26,694 nucleotides of DNA from Patescibacteria group bacterium (GTDB lineage Bacteria; Patescibacteriota; Minisyncoccia; UBA6257; HR35). Numbering within the stretch: the stretch's first letter is position 1; the number at the start of each line of letters is the position of its first letter. The notes under the pieces are model-generated. The model was not told where the DNA came from. It saw only the letters and a list, made by a program, of their open reading frames with translations, and made no database searches. Where the stretch lies: the NCBI GenBank assembly GCA_023480925.1, contig JAMCWY010000013.1:1-26694 (forward strand), read 5' to 3'. Below, piece after piece: positions 15,881-25,007 of this stretch. The translations under genes and the position numbers were made by a program.

Positions 15881-16477
15881 ATGGCAAAGGCAAATAATTT
15901 CAATCGAGAGGAAAAAAAATATCTTCGAGAAAGAACGTTGGTTTTAATTAAACCCGAGGGTGTCAGCCGGAAACTGGTTGGCCGAATTATCCAAAGATTC
16001 GAAGATCTTGATTATAAAATTGTCGGTTTAGGCCTGGTTCAGGCGAGCGAAAAGATTTTCGATCAGCACTATCCCAAGGATCAAAATTGGGTAGAACGAT
16101 TGGCGACGAAAACTTTGGAAAGCGCCGCCGCCTCGGGCATCGAAGTTGATCTCAAACGCGACTATGGCGTTAAAACAAAAATTGAGCTGGGCCGTCTGAT
16201 TCGAACTTGGCTGATTAAATTTATGGCTTCCGGACCGATCGTTAAGATTTGTTTAGAGGGTCCATTCGCGGTCGAAAAAATTCGCAAAATAACCGGAGCG
16301 ACAATCCCAATCAAGGCCGAAGCGGGGACAATTCGAGGCGATTTTTCTTTTGATTCAGCCATTATGGCCAATCTCCAAAAACGGCCGGTTTTAAATTTAA
16401 TTCACGCGGCCGAAACAAAAGAAGACGCGCTTAAAGAAATCAAACTTTGGTTTAAGGATTCGGAATTATCCGATTAA
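15881..16477 (+). CDS. ndk: Nucleoside diphosphate kinase-like protein with an internal insertion
   Basis: ERTLVLIKPEGV, FMASGPIV, GTIRGDF and NLIH(AAE). At 198 aa it is longer than the usual 140 aa. Confidence 0.7.
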   Translation: MAKANNFNREEKKYLRERTLVLIKPEGVSRKLVGRIIQRFEDLDYKIVGLGLVQASEKIFDQHYPKDQNWVERLATKTLESAAASGIEVDLKRDYGVKTKIELGRLIRTWLIKFMASGPIVKICLEGPFAVEKIRKITGATIPIKAEAGTIRGDFSFDSAIMANLQKRPVLNLIHAAETKEDALKEIKLWFKDSELSD

Positions 16478-16611
16478 GTTAAATTAAGTTTTTATTAATG
16501 TTTCTAATCTAAGCCAGCGAAGTTTTTAGCGGCGATTAAAATTCAAGAATTAAAAATAAAAAAATATTTTACGGTTAAAATTTGAATCGGGAAACCCAAT
16601 TTTAATTGTTT

Positions 16612-16684
16612 GCTCCCATCGTCTAGTGGCCCAGGACATCGGGTTCTCAGCCCGGTAACACCGGTTCGACTCCGGTTGGGAGCA
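16612..16684 (+). tRNA. tRNA-Glu (anticodon CUC), no encoded CCA
   Basis: Acceptor GCTCCCA/TGGGAGC. D arm GTCT..AGGAC. Anticodon stem TCGGG/CCCGG with loop TTCTCAG. T arm ACCGG-TTCGACT-CCGGT. Discriminator A. Confidence 0.9.
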
Positions 16685-16691
16685 CTAAAAA

Positions 16692-18149
16692 ATGAGATAC
16701 TTTGTTTCAACTTCAATTCCGTACGTCAACGATCAGCCTCATATCGGTTATCTCTGGGAGGCGATTTTGGCCGATGTCTTCGTTAGATTTCAAAGAGAAC
16801 GGGGCAACGATGTTTTTTTTCTTTCCGGCGTTGATGAAAATGGTTTAAAGATTTATCGTTCGGCTCAATCAAAAGGCTGGTCGGTTGTCGAGTTTGTCCA
16901 AGAAACTTCAAACCAGTTTTTTAAATTAAAAAAAGAATTTAATCTCAGCTACGACGGTTTTATTCGGACATCGTCGCCTCAGCATCAAGCCGGCGTGGAA
17001 AAATTTTGGCAAATGGTCCAAAAAGATATCTACCCGGGATATTACCAGGGTTGGTATTGCGTTAGTTGCGAAGATTATTTTACTTTAGAAGAAAGGCCGG
17101 ATCGATTTTGTCCAATCCATCATAAACGTTTAGAAGAGTTGAAGGAGGAAAATTATTTTTTTCGGCTGACAAAATATTTAAACCAAATTGAAGACATAAT
17201 TAAACAAGACAAAATCAAAATCAGACCGGCTAAAAGAAAAAAGGAAGTTTTGAAAATGATAAAGTCGGATCAGATTAAAGACTTAAGCGTTTCCCGTTCC
17301 GCCAAAAGAAGTCAGGGCTGGGGCATTAAAGTTCCAGACGATCCCGACCAAGTTGTTTATGTTTGGTTTGACGCCTTGATTAACTATCTCAGCGGTTTGG
17401 GTTTTGGCCAAGAAGAGGGGAGTGGTAATTTTGAAAAATACTGGCAAGAGGCTGGCGCGATCGTTCACTTTATCGGTAAGGATATTTTTAAATTTCATAC
17501 GATTTATTGGCCGGCGATGCTCTTGGCCGCCGGTTTGAGATTGCCGGATGAGATTATTATTCATGATTTCTTTACCGTTGAGGGCGAGAAGATGTCGAAA
17601 ACTTTGGGCAATGTCATTAAGCCGGAAGAACTTTTAACCAGAGCTGGAGTTGAGCCAAGCCGATATTATTTTTCAACTCAGCCGAATCAGTTTGAAGATT
17701 CAGATTTTAGCCTGAATCATTTTGACGCGGTTTGCCAGAATGAGTTAAAAAATGAAGTTGGCAATCTTGTTTCGCGGATTTTTGGCTTATTAAAAAAAGG
17801 GCCGGCCAAAATTAAACTGGACCAAAATTTATTTGAAAAAGAAATTAATCAAACAAGCTTAAATTATTTTGCGAATTTCAATCAATTTGATTTTAGAAAA
17901 GCTTTCGCCGTTGTCTTTGATTTAGTCAAAAACGCGAATAAGTTTATCGAAGAAAAAAAACTTTGGCAAGGCGGAAGCGAAGCTGATTTTAAAACATTAG
18001 TCCAAATTCTTTTTAAGTTGGCAGAATTTTATCGGCCGGTTATGCCTGAGGCGAGCGAGAAAATTCGATTGGCTTTGGATTTGACCGACCTAAATTCGGA
18101 ATCGGTTTTTATCAATCGAAGAAATAATTTTGAACCGTTATTCGAGTAA
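16692..18149 (+). CDS. metG: Methionyl-tRNA synthetase (short form, no C-terminal tRNA-binding appendix)
   Basis: PYVNDQPHIGY, a zinc knuckle (CVSCEDYF...CPIHH), and KMSKTLGN. Confidence 0.9.
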   Translation: MRYFVSTSIPYVNDQPHIGYLWEAILADVFVRFQRERGNDVFFLSGVDENGLKIYRSAQSKGWSVVEFVQETSNQFFKLKKEFNLSYDGFIRTSSPQHQAGVEKFWQMVQKDIYPGYYQGWYCVSCEDYFTLEERPDRFCPIHHKRLEELKEENYFFRLTKYLNQIEDIIKQDKIKIRPAKRKKEVLKMIKSDQIKDLSVSRSAKRSQGWGIKVPDDPDQVVYVWFDALINYLSGLGFGQEEGSGNFEKYWQEAGAIVHFIGKDIFKFHTIYWPAMLLAAGLRLPDEIIIHDFFTVEGEKMSKTLGNVIKPEELLTRAGVEPSRYYFSTQPNQFEDSDFSLNHFDAVCQNELKNEVGNLVSRIFGLLKKGPAKIKLDQNLFEKEINQTSLNYFANFNQFDFRKAFAVVFDLVKNANKFIEEKKLWQGGSEADFKTLVQILFKLAEFYRPVMPEASEKIRLALDLTDLNSESVFINRRNNFEPLFE

Positions 18150-18157
18150 AAATTAAA

Positions 18158-18592
18158 ATGAAGTTGGTTTTGCAGAGCGTGGCCGAAGCGAAAGTTGAAA
18201 CAAGCACCGGTCTGGTCGCTCAAATCAAAAAAGGTCTTTTGATTTTTGTTTGTTTTGAAGTTGGCGATGATGAGGAGAAGGTAAATTTTTTTGCCGCGAA
18301 GTTGCCGAATTTAAAAGTTTTCGCTGACGCTCAAGGCAAGATTAATCTTTCGATCGAGGCAATTAAGGGCGAGTTTCTGATCGTTTCCCAGTTCACTTTG
18401 ACCGGCAAACTTGACGACCTTGATTTTAGTTTTTCTTCAAGTCTGGCTTACGCCGAAGCGGAAAAGCTTTATAATAAATTTATCGAGATGTTAAAAAAAT
18501 CCAATCGAGTCGTCCGATCGGGCCAGTTTGGCGAGATGATGGATATTAGCCTGGTTAACGTCGGTCCGTTGACTTTTGTTCTGTCGCGATGA
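18158..18592 (+). CDS. dtd: D-aminoacyl-tRNA deacylase
   Basis: A 144-aa protein with KLVLQSV..A.V, GLLIFVC, VSQFTL and NVGPLTF. Confidence 0.85.
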   Translation: MKLVLQSVAEAKVETSTGLVAQIKKGLLIFVCFEVGDDEEKVNFFAAKLPNLKVFADAQGKINLSIEAIKGEFLIVSQFTLTGKLDDLDFSFSSSLAYAEAEKLYNKFIEMLKKSNRVVRSGQFGEMMDISLVNVGPLTFVLSR

Positions 18593-18816
18593 AGCAATCG
18601 CGCCGGGATGTTTTTTTAATTATTGTCGGTTTTTTGATTTCCGATTCGGTCTTTTCATTTTTTTTCTATCTTTTAAATATCACGATTAGGATTGATGGTT
18701 ATATTTTCGCGCGGGAGTGGTTTATTCTTTCGATTTTTATTAACACTTTTATCGTCGGCATTATCTTAAAACTTGTTTCTCCAAAGAAGGAGAAAAATTC
18801 AAAATGGAAAATATAG
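18589..18816 (+). CDS. Hypothetical small membrane protein (75 aa, 2 TM)
   Basis: It has two hydrophobic helices, an ATGA overlap with the dtd stop, and a 13-nt overlap with the thrS start. I recognise no family. Confidence 0.4.
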   Translation: MKQSRRDVFLIIVGFLISDSVFSFFFYLLNITIRIDGYIFAREWFILSIFINTFIVGIILKLVSPKKEKNSKWKI

Positions 18817-20618
18817 AAAAAATTCGGCACTCGCTCGCTCACTTGTTGGCCAAGGCGGTTTTGATCATTGATCCAAAAGCTCAGTTGGGCGTTGGTCCGA
18901 CGATCGAGTCGGGCTTTTACTATGATTTTCGTTTGAGTAAAAAAATCGACGAATCGGTTTTAGCCAAACTCGAGTCTTTAATGAGAGACGCGATTAACCA
19001 AAATTTGGGTTTTAAGCCAAAGCGGCTGAAACTGGCCGAAGCGAAAAAATTTTTTAAAAACCAGCCTTTCAAATTGGAGTTAATCAACGATTTGGCCAAG
19101 TACGGCACAACTAGTTGGCAAGAGATTCAAACAAGCGCCAAAACGAAAAAAACCAAGAAAAACAAAATCAGTGATGCTAGTCTTTACCAAACGGGCGATT
19201 TTGTCGATCTTTGCCGCGGCGGCCACGTCAAAAAAACCAAAGAGATTAGACTTGACGCTTTTAAATTGACCAAAATCGCCGGCGCTTACTGGCGCGGTGA
19301 CGAGAAAAATCAGATGTTGACAAGGATTTACGGCGTTGCCTTTGAGACAAAGAAAGAATTGGACGAGTATCTCGAACGACAGAAAACCGCCGAGATTTAT
19401 AACCACCGCGTTTTGGGCGATCAGCTTGATATTTTTATGATCTCGGAAAAAGTTGGTTCGGGCCTGCCTTTGTTTTTGCCCCGAGGCGAGTTTATAAAAA
19501 ATCAACTGATCAATTTAATGAGGGAAAAAGAAGAGCGGTACGGTTATCAGTATGTTAGTACGCCGGTTTTGGCCGAGAGCGCGCTCTATGAGGCTTCGGG
19601 CCACAAAAAATATTTTGGCAACGAGATGTATCGTTTTAACGATCCCGAAGGCAATGAAGTTTTTATCAAGCCAATGAGTTGTCCGCATCATCACATGATT
19701 TATCAAAGATTGGTTAAGAGCTATCGCGATTTGCCTTTGCGTTTAGCCGAACCGGGCACGGTCTATCGATTCGAGCGATCCGGCGCTTTGTATGGTCTAA
19801 TGCGAGTGCGTGGTCCAATTACTCAAAACGACAGTCACATTTACGTTGATCGAGAAAGGCTGGCGGATGAGTTTCGAAACGTTTTAAAATTATTCAACGA
19901 GTTTTACGGCCAGATTAAAATTTCAGACAAGTGCTGGTACCGTTTGTCTTTGCCCGACTTCAAGGGCAAGAACAAAGAAAAATTCGGCGGCGATGAAAAG
20001 TTATGGCGTTGGGCGGCGAATGAAATTAAAAAAGTCGCGGTTGGAGAAAAATTAAACCTGACGATTGGCATTGGCGAAGCGTCTTTTTATGGGCCAAAAT
20101 TAGATCTTCAGATTAGAAATATTTTTGGCAAAGAAGAAACGCTTTCGACAATTCAGATTGATATTGTCGTGCCAAAACGAATGGGCCTGTTTTATTTGGA
20201 TAAAAACAACAAGAAGGTCGAGCCGATTGTCATCCATCGGGCCGTGATTGGTTCTTATGAAAGATTTATCGGTTTCTTTTTGGAATCAACTCGAGGCGAT
20301 TTGCCTCTGTGGTTGTCCGAAACTCAGATTATGATCGTGCCGATTGGCGAAAAGCATTTAAATCGGGCGAAAAAAGTCGCGGCCGAGCTTTTAGCCAAAA
20401 ATATCAGAGCAAAAGTTTCTTTGCCAAATGAGAGTTTAAACAAAAGAATTTTGTTTTTGGAAAAAGAAAAAATTCCATACTTGGCCATTATTGGCGATAG
20501 GGAAGAGGCGAATGGTTCTGTTGCGTTGCGCGGCCGCCATCGAAAAGATTTAGGCGAATTTAAATTGGGGCGGTTGATTGATAAAGTAAAGAAGGAGATT
20601 TTAACCAAAATGAATTAA
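18804..20618 (+). CDS. thrS: Threonyl-tRNA synthetase lacking the N-terminal TGS domain
   Basis: It starts at the editing/SAD motif IRHSLAHLLAKAV, followed by CRGGHV and the class II core (KPMSCPHH, YRDLPLRLAE, FERSGAL.GLMRVRG), then an anticodon-binding domain. Confidence 0.92.
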   Translation: MENIEKIRHSLAHLLAKAVLIIDPKAQLGVGPTIESGFYYDFRLSKKIDESVLAKLESLMRDAINQNLGFKPKRLKLAEAKKFFKNQPFKLELINDLAKYGTTSWQEIQTSAKTKKTKKNKISDASLYQTGDFVDLCRGGHVKKTKEIRLDAFKLTKIAGAYWRGDEKNQMLTRIYGVAFETKKELDEYLERQKTAEIYNHRVLGDQLDIFMISEKVGSGLPLFLPRGEFIKNQLINLMREKEERYGYQYVSTPVLAESALYEASGHKKYFGNEMYRFNDPEGNEVFIKPMSCPHHHMIYQRLVKSYRDLPLRLAEPGTVYRFERSGALYGLMRVRGPITQNDSHIYVDRERLADEFRNVLKLFNEFYGQIKISDKCWYRLSLPDFKGKNKEKFGGDEKLWRWAANEIKKVAVGEKLNLTIGIGEASFYGPKLDLQIRNIFGKEETLSTIQIDIVVPKRMGLFYLDKNNKKVEPIVIHRAVIGSYERFIGFFLESTRGDLPLWLSETQIMIVPIGEKHLNRAKKVAAELLAKNIRAKVSLPNESLNKRILFLEKEKIPYLAIIGDREEANGSVALRGRHRKDLGEFKLGRLIDKVKKEILTKMN

Positions 20619-20675
20619 TTCTTGGCTAATTTTTTATTTTACTCCTTTAGTTTAAATCGACCCGACTAAAATTTT

Positions 20676-21860
20676 TTAGCCGCTGAACGATCTGAATATT
20701 TTTTTTATTTTCGAAAAAATATTTGACCGGTCAACTTGTTGAGCGGAGTTGTAGGCGCAAGCCAAGCTGGCGGAAAATTTAATGAAATCTTCGTCGTCGT
20801 GGTTAACCTTGATGTAATTAAGTTCGTTTTTGGGTAATTTGATCGGCGCTTCCAGAGTTTTTTTAAATAAATCGGAAAGTTCACTGACTTGAGCCAGGCC
20901 GCCTGAGAGAATGAGACCGCCCGGCATTTTAAATTTTTTTCTTGTTTCTTTGAGAAAATCGGCCAGGCCGCTTTCATCGATGTATTTTTTTAAAATTTTT
21001 TCCAAAAACTTCGAGACCAAATTTCGGGAAAAAGTGTTCTTCTCCAATTTAATCGTCGTCGGCTTTTTGCCTTTTTCGTCGCGAGCTTGGCTAAAAACGA
21101 ATTTTTTCAACTCTTCTGCGTCAACCAGATCAATTTTGTATCGAATCGCTAGCTCCTCGGTTAAATTTTGGTTGCCCCAGGGGAAAATTTTAAATTGGAC
21201 CAAATTGCCTTCGCTGAAGACTAAAAACGAAGTCGTCTCGGCGCCAAGGTCAAGAAAACCGACGCCAATATCTTTGTCTCGTTTGCTGATTGAGATAAGG
21301 CTTTTGGCGTAAGCGCTGGGCAAGATTGAGTTAATGCTGATGCCGATATTTTTAAAAACCTGGCGAATTTTTTCGATTTGAGAACGATGAACGGTTAAAA
21401 GAATCGCTTCAACGTCAAGCCGCCGGCCGGCCATCCCAATCGGATCTCGCAACTCTTCTTCAGTGTCGAGAATATAACGATATGGTTTTTCCAATAATAT
21501 TTCTTGGTTGGCTAAGTTAATCGAAGCGCGCGTTACCCGCAAAGCTTTTTCAATATCCTCTTCTTTGATGTTGTTTTCAAAAATAACATAACCTTTTTGA
21601 AAGTAAGTTTGGGTTTGAGGAAACGAGATAGTTAAGGTGATGTCGCGAATTGGATAACTGCCAAGCGACTCACTCAGGTTTTCCAAGACTAATTTTAATT
21701 GCTCTTCAAAATTAGCCTGATCAATAATTTCGCCCTTTCGGATGAATTCATTTTTTATCGCTTGGTTAAAAAAGACAAAATTTCCGTCAGCCAATTCTTC
21801 GAGGGCGGAAAATTTCCACTCGGCGTGGCCTAAGTCCAAACCAAAGTAGAAATTTCTCAT
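20676..21860 (-). CDS. ftsA: Cell division protein FtsA (actin-like ATPase)
   Basis: FGLDLG, GFLDLGAETTSF, LILSGGLAQV, and a C-terminal amphipathic helix (IFSKIKKIFRSF) typical of the FtsA membrane tether. Confidence 0.75.
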   Translation of the reverse strand: MRNFYFGLDLGHAEWKFSALEELADGNFVFFNQAIKNEFIRKGEIIDQANFEEQLKLVLENLSESLGSYPIRDITLTISFPQTQTYFQKGYVIFENNIKEEDIEKALRVTRASINLANQEILLEKPYRYILDTEEELRDPIGMAGRRLDVEAILLTVHRSQIEKIRQVFKNIGISINSILPSAYAKSLISISKRDKDIGVGFLDLGAETTSFLVFSEGNLVQFKIFPWGNQNLTEELAIRYKIDLVDAEELKKFVFSQARDEKGKKPTTIKLEKNTFSRNLVSKFLEKILKKYIDESGLADFLKETRKKFKMPGGLILSGGLAQVSELSDLFKKTLEAPIKLPKNELNYIKVNHDDEDFIKFSASLACAYNSAQQVDRSNIFSKIKKIFRSFSG

Positions 21861-22132
21861 TCGCCCCGGAATTTAATCTCCTTAATGTATCGCCGTGCCA
21901 TCTTTAAAGATTTGTTCAAACTCCAACCGAGTTTGGTCTTTTCGTCAACGAATTGTTGGATTTTAAGGCGATAAAGCCTGCTTTTTTTCTTCTGAGTCTC
22001 GTTTGGTTTTTTCGTGCGACTAGCTGCGTGTTTGGCCGCCAAGACAATGCCGCTTTTTTGAACGCGGGTGAGAAAGCGGCGGAGAAATTGGGCGGTCGAT
22101 TCTGTTTTTAATCTTTTCGTCTTGACTCTCAT
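21857..22132 (-). CDS. rpsU: 30S ribosomal protein S21-like (91 aa, C-terminally extended)
   Basis: FLRRFLTRVQKSGIVLAAKHAASRTKKPNETQKKK parallels ALRRFKR..EKAGVLAE.RRR.FYEKPT.ERKR of S21. It has an ATGA overlap with ftsA. Confidence 0.55.
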   Translation of the reverse strand: MRVKTKRLKTESTAQFLRRFLTRVQKSGIVLAAKHAASRTKKPNETQKKKSRLYRLKIQQFVDEKTKLGWSLNKSLKMARRYIKEIKFRGE

Positions 22133-22149
22133 TTGTTTTATTTTTTAGT

Positions 22150-22557
22150 TTATTTAATTATTTTACTATAAATTTCTTCAACTGATTCGACTGGTTCATT
22201 GAAAACGACTGAATGAATTGATCCGCCGCGATCGTGTTTGAATCTTGGAATGACGTGAAAGTGAAAATGATGAATCGCTTGACCGGCCAGTTCGCCTTCG
22301 TTCACGCCTAAGGTAAAATCGTTGGCGTTCAGACCGCGGCCAATCTTTTTTATCGTTTCTTGACAAATTTTAACAAATTCTTGGGCCAGATTTAAATCTA
22401 AACTGACGAAATTATCGAAATGCCTCTTGGGAATAACCAGGCTATGACCGGGGCTGCGCGGTTGAACGTCGAGAAAACTGATAAAATTTTCCGATTCGAC
22501 CACGATTAAAACTTTTACCTCTTTCTTGCCGATTTTACAAAAAATACAATCAGGCAT
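22150..22557 (-). CDS. HIT-family (histidine triad) nucleotide hydrolase
   Basis: CIFCKI at the N-terminus and the HHFHFHVIPR triad. Confidence 0.88.
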   Translation of the reverse strand: MPDCIFCKIGKKEVKVLIVVESENFISFLDVQPRSPGHSLVIPKRHFDNFVSLDLNLAQEFVKICQETIKKIGRGLNANDFTLGVNEGELAGQAIHHFHFHVIPRFKHDRGGSIHSVVFNEPVESVEEIYSKIIK

Positions 22558-22561
22558 TGTT

Positions 22562-23824
22562 TTAGAGTTTATCTTTTAATTTTTCGATCAGTTCCGACCA
22601 GTAAATATTTTCTTGGGCGCCGGTTTTCATGTCGCGTAATATGACGTTTTCGTTGCCCAATTCTTCGTGGCCGATGATTAAAGCGTACTTAACACCAAGT
22701 TTATTGGCCAAGCTCAGTTGGTCCGAGAGGTTAGACTTGGCGAAATTTTCAGCCACGGCGATGTTGTTTTTTCTAAGCAACTCAAAAATTTTGATCGCGG
22801 CTTTTTTTGCTTCCTCGCTGATTTGGACGATAAAAATATTTGGTTTCTTGAAGAATGAAAGCTTAACTTGATGCATTTTTAAAACACTGGTCAGTCTTTC
22901 AATGCCAATGCCGGCGCCGACCGCGCCAATTTCTTTCGCGCTTAAAGCTTTGCTTAAATAATCATAACGGCCGCCGCCGCCAATGGCGAAGTTTTGTTCT
23001 TGAAAAAATACTTCAAAAATCGTTCGGGAATAATAATCAAAGCCGCGAACAAGAGTGTGGTCGAGTTCGTAGTTGATCTCCATTTCTTCCAAATATTCAA
23101 GGACTTTCTTGAAGTGTTCTTGACAAAACTTACAAAGATAATTAAGACTTTCCGGTGCTTTGGCCTTAAATGGTTGACAGATCGGATTTTTACAGTCAAG
23201 CAAACGCAGGGAATTGGTTTTTAATCGCCGTTTGCAGTCAAGGCAAAGTTTTCTGTTCAGGGACTGATAGTAAGACTTTAATTTTTTCTTGTAATGTTCG
23301 CGGCAGTCCGGACAGCCGATGCTGTTGATTTTAAAAATATAATCTTTTAACTTCAGTTTTTTGAAGAGGGAATCAATTATTTGAATAATCTGGGCATCGT
23401 TGATCGGTTCGGCGCTGCCGATGATTTCCAAATCCCATTGGTAGTGTTCGCGAAATCGCCCCGCTTGCGGTCTTTCTTTTCTGAAAGCCGGGCCAATCTG
23501 AAAAAGTTTAATCGGTTGAGGCAAAGAGTGAAGTCCGTTTTGAAGATAAGCCCGCATAATCCCGGCGGTTAGTTCGGGCCGAAGGACCAATTTCTCGCCT
23601 CGCTCTTTGCCCTTGAGATAAAACATTTCTTTTTCGATAATATCGGAATTTTGGCCAAGCGAAGAAGTAAAAACTTTTTCGTTTTCAACCAAGGGCAGGC
23701 GAATGTAACTAAAACCGTAACTGTTCGACCACTTTAGAAGTAAGTCTTGAAGGCTCAAAAAATAATCGGTTTCAGGCGACAAGAGATCGCGCATGCCGCG
23801 GGCCGCTTGAATTAACTGTTTCAT
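22562..23824 (-). CDS. hisS: Histidyl-tRNA synthetase
   Basis: RGMRDL, RPELTA, FQIGPAFRKERPQAGRFREHYQ and GGGGRYD, with a Cys-rich insertion domain. Confidence 0.93.
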   Translation of the reverse strand: MKQLIQAARGMRDLLSPETDYFLSLQDLLLKWSNSYGFSYIRLPLVENEKVFTSSLGQNSDIIEKEMFYLKGKERGEKLVLRPELTAGIMRAYLQNGLHSLPQPIKLFQIGPAFRKERPQAGRFREHYQWDLEIIGSAEPINDAQIIQIIDSLFKKLKLKDYIFKINSIGCPDCREHYKKKLKSYYQSLNRKLCLDCKRRLKTNSLRLLDCKNPICQPFKAKAPESLNYLCKFCQEHFKKVLEYLEEMEINYELDHTLVRGFDYYSRTIFEVFFQEQNFAIGGGGRYDYLSKALSAKEIGAVGAGIGIERLTSVLKMHQVKLSFFKKPNIFIVQISEEAKKAAIKIFELLRKNNIAVAENFAKSNLSDQLSLANKLGVKYALIIGHEELGNENVILRDMKTGAQENIYWSELIEKLKDKL

Positions 23825-24369
23825 CTGGCTAAGCCCGATCGGACGATTTTGAAAAGAGCGCTGATCGGGACGAGATTAAGTTCGACTTTGCCAATAATAT
23901 TTTGGGCGGGCAAAAGGCCCCAACGTCTTGAATCATAACTGGCGGCGCGATTATCGCCAAGGACGAAATAATGTCCGGCTGTGACTTTAAAAACGCCATT
24001 GCCCGGAGTTGTGTCGGTTGAGGGCAAATATGGTTCTTGAAGTTCGTAACCCTGAGGATGGTGTTTGTTTTGGATGTAAACGTGGCCGTTTTGGATTATG
24101 ACTGTGTCGCCGGGCAGACCGATAACTCGTTTAATGTAGAAAACCGACGGGTCGACCGGCGGCCTGAAAATAATGACATCGTTTCGTTGGGGCTTTTCAA
24201 ACCGATAGGAAATTTTGTCGACAATGAGATAATCGAAGGAGTGAAAGGTCGGCTCCATACTTTGACCAACGACAAAAAACGGTTCGAATAAAAAAAAGCG
24301 GATCGGCAGAACAATCAACAAAACCAAAAAAAGAGTTTCGAGAAACTGAAAAAGTTTTAATTTGCGCAT
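23821..24369 (-). CDS. lepB: Signal peptidase I
   Basis: An N-terminal TM, the catalytic GQSMEPT, YIKRVIGLPGD and VLGDNRAASYDSRRWG. Confidence 0.9.
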   Translation of the reverse strand: MRKLKLFQFLETLFLVLLIVLPIRFFLFEPFFVVGQSMEPTFHSFDYLIVDKISYRFEKPQRNDVIIFRPPVDPSVFYIKRVIGLPGDTVIIQNGHVYIQNKHHPQGYELQEPYLPSTDTTPGNGVFKVTAGHYFVLGDNRAASYDSRRWGLLPAQNIIGKVELNLVPISALFKIVRSGLAR

Positions 24370-24439
24370 GATTTTTAGACTAATCCGCTAAATATTTTCT
24401 AAGCGATTTAATCATAAATTTGTCATATAATAATATTAT

Positions 24440-25003
24440 ATGAAAAATCAGGCAAAAATCAAGTTAATTTTTGGCTTAGGTAACCCCGATCCGGAGTTCG
24501 TCCAGACGCGGCATAATTTCGGCCGCGATCTGATTGAGAAATATTTAAAGGAACCAAAGAAAAGGGATAATTTTGTTTATTCAAAATTCGGCCGGCTTAA
24601 CTTGGCCATTGGTTTGACTTATATGAACGAATCGGGCAAGGCGGTCAAAGCCGCGATTGATTTTTTTAAGGTCAAGCCCGAGGAAACTTTAATTATTAGC
24701 GACGAAGCGGATTTGCCTTTTCTCTATTTGAAATTTTCTTTTGGTCGAGATCCGGCCGGGCATAAAGGCGTCGAGTCGGTTATCAAGGCGATTCGGACAA
24801 AAAGTTTCTGGCGGTTGAGAATCGGCATTCAGCCAAAAATTCGGCAAAAAGCCGAGATGATGATTTTGAAAAAATTAAACAAAAAAGAAAACGAAGCTTG
24901 GCTTTTGGCCAAAAAAAGATTTAAGATTATTCTCGAGCGGTTCGAAACAAGACGAGTCGAGCAGTTGAATATTAGTCAAAAGTTTTTTTTGATCGGCGAA
25001 TAA
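24440..25003 (+). CDS. pth: Peptidyl-tRNA hydrolase
   Basis: LIFGLGNPDPEFVQTRHNFG and the LISDEADLP block. Confidence 0.88.
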   Translation: MKNQAKIKLIFGLGNPDPEFVQTRHNFGRDLIEKYLKEPKKRDNFVYSKFGRLNLAIGLTYMNESGKAVKAAIDFFKVKPEETLIISDEADLPFLYLKFSFGRDPAGHKGVESVIKAIRTKSFWRLRIGIQPKIRQKAEMMILKKLNKKENEAWLLAKKRFKIILERFETRRVEQLNISQKFFLIGE

Positions 25004-25007
25004 AAAA

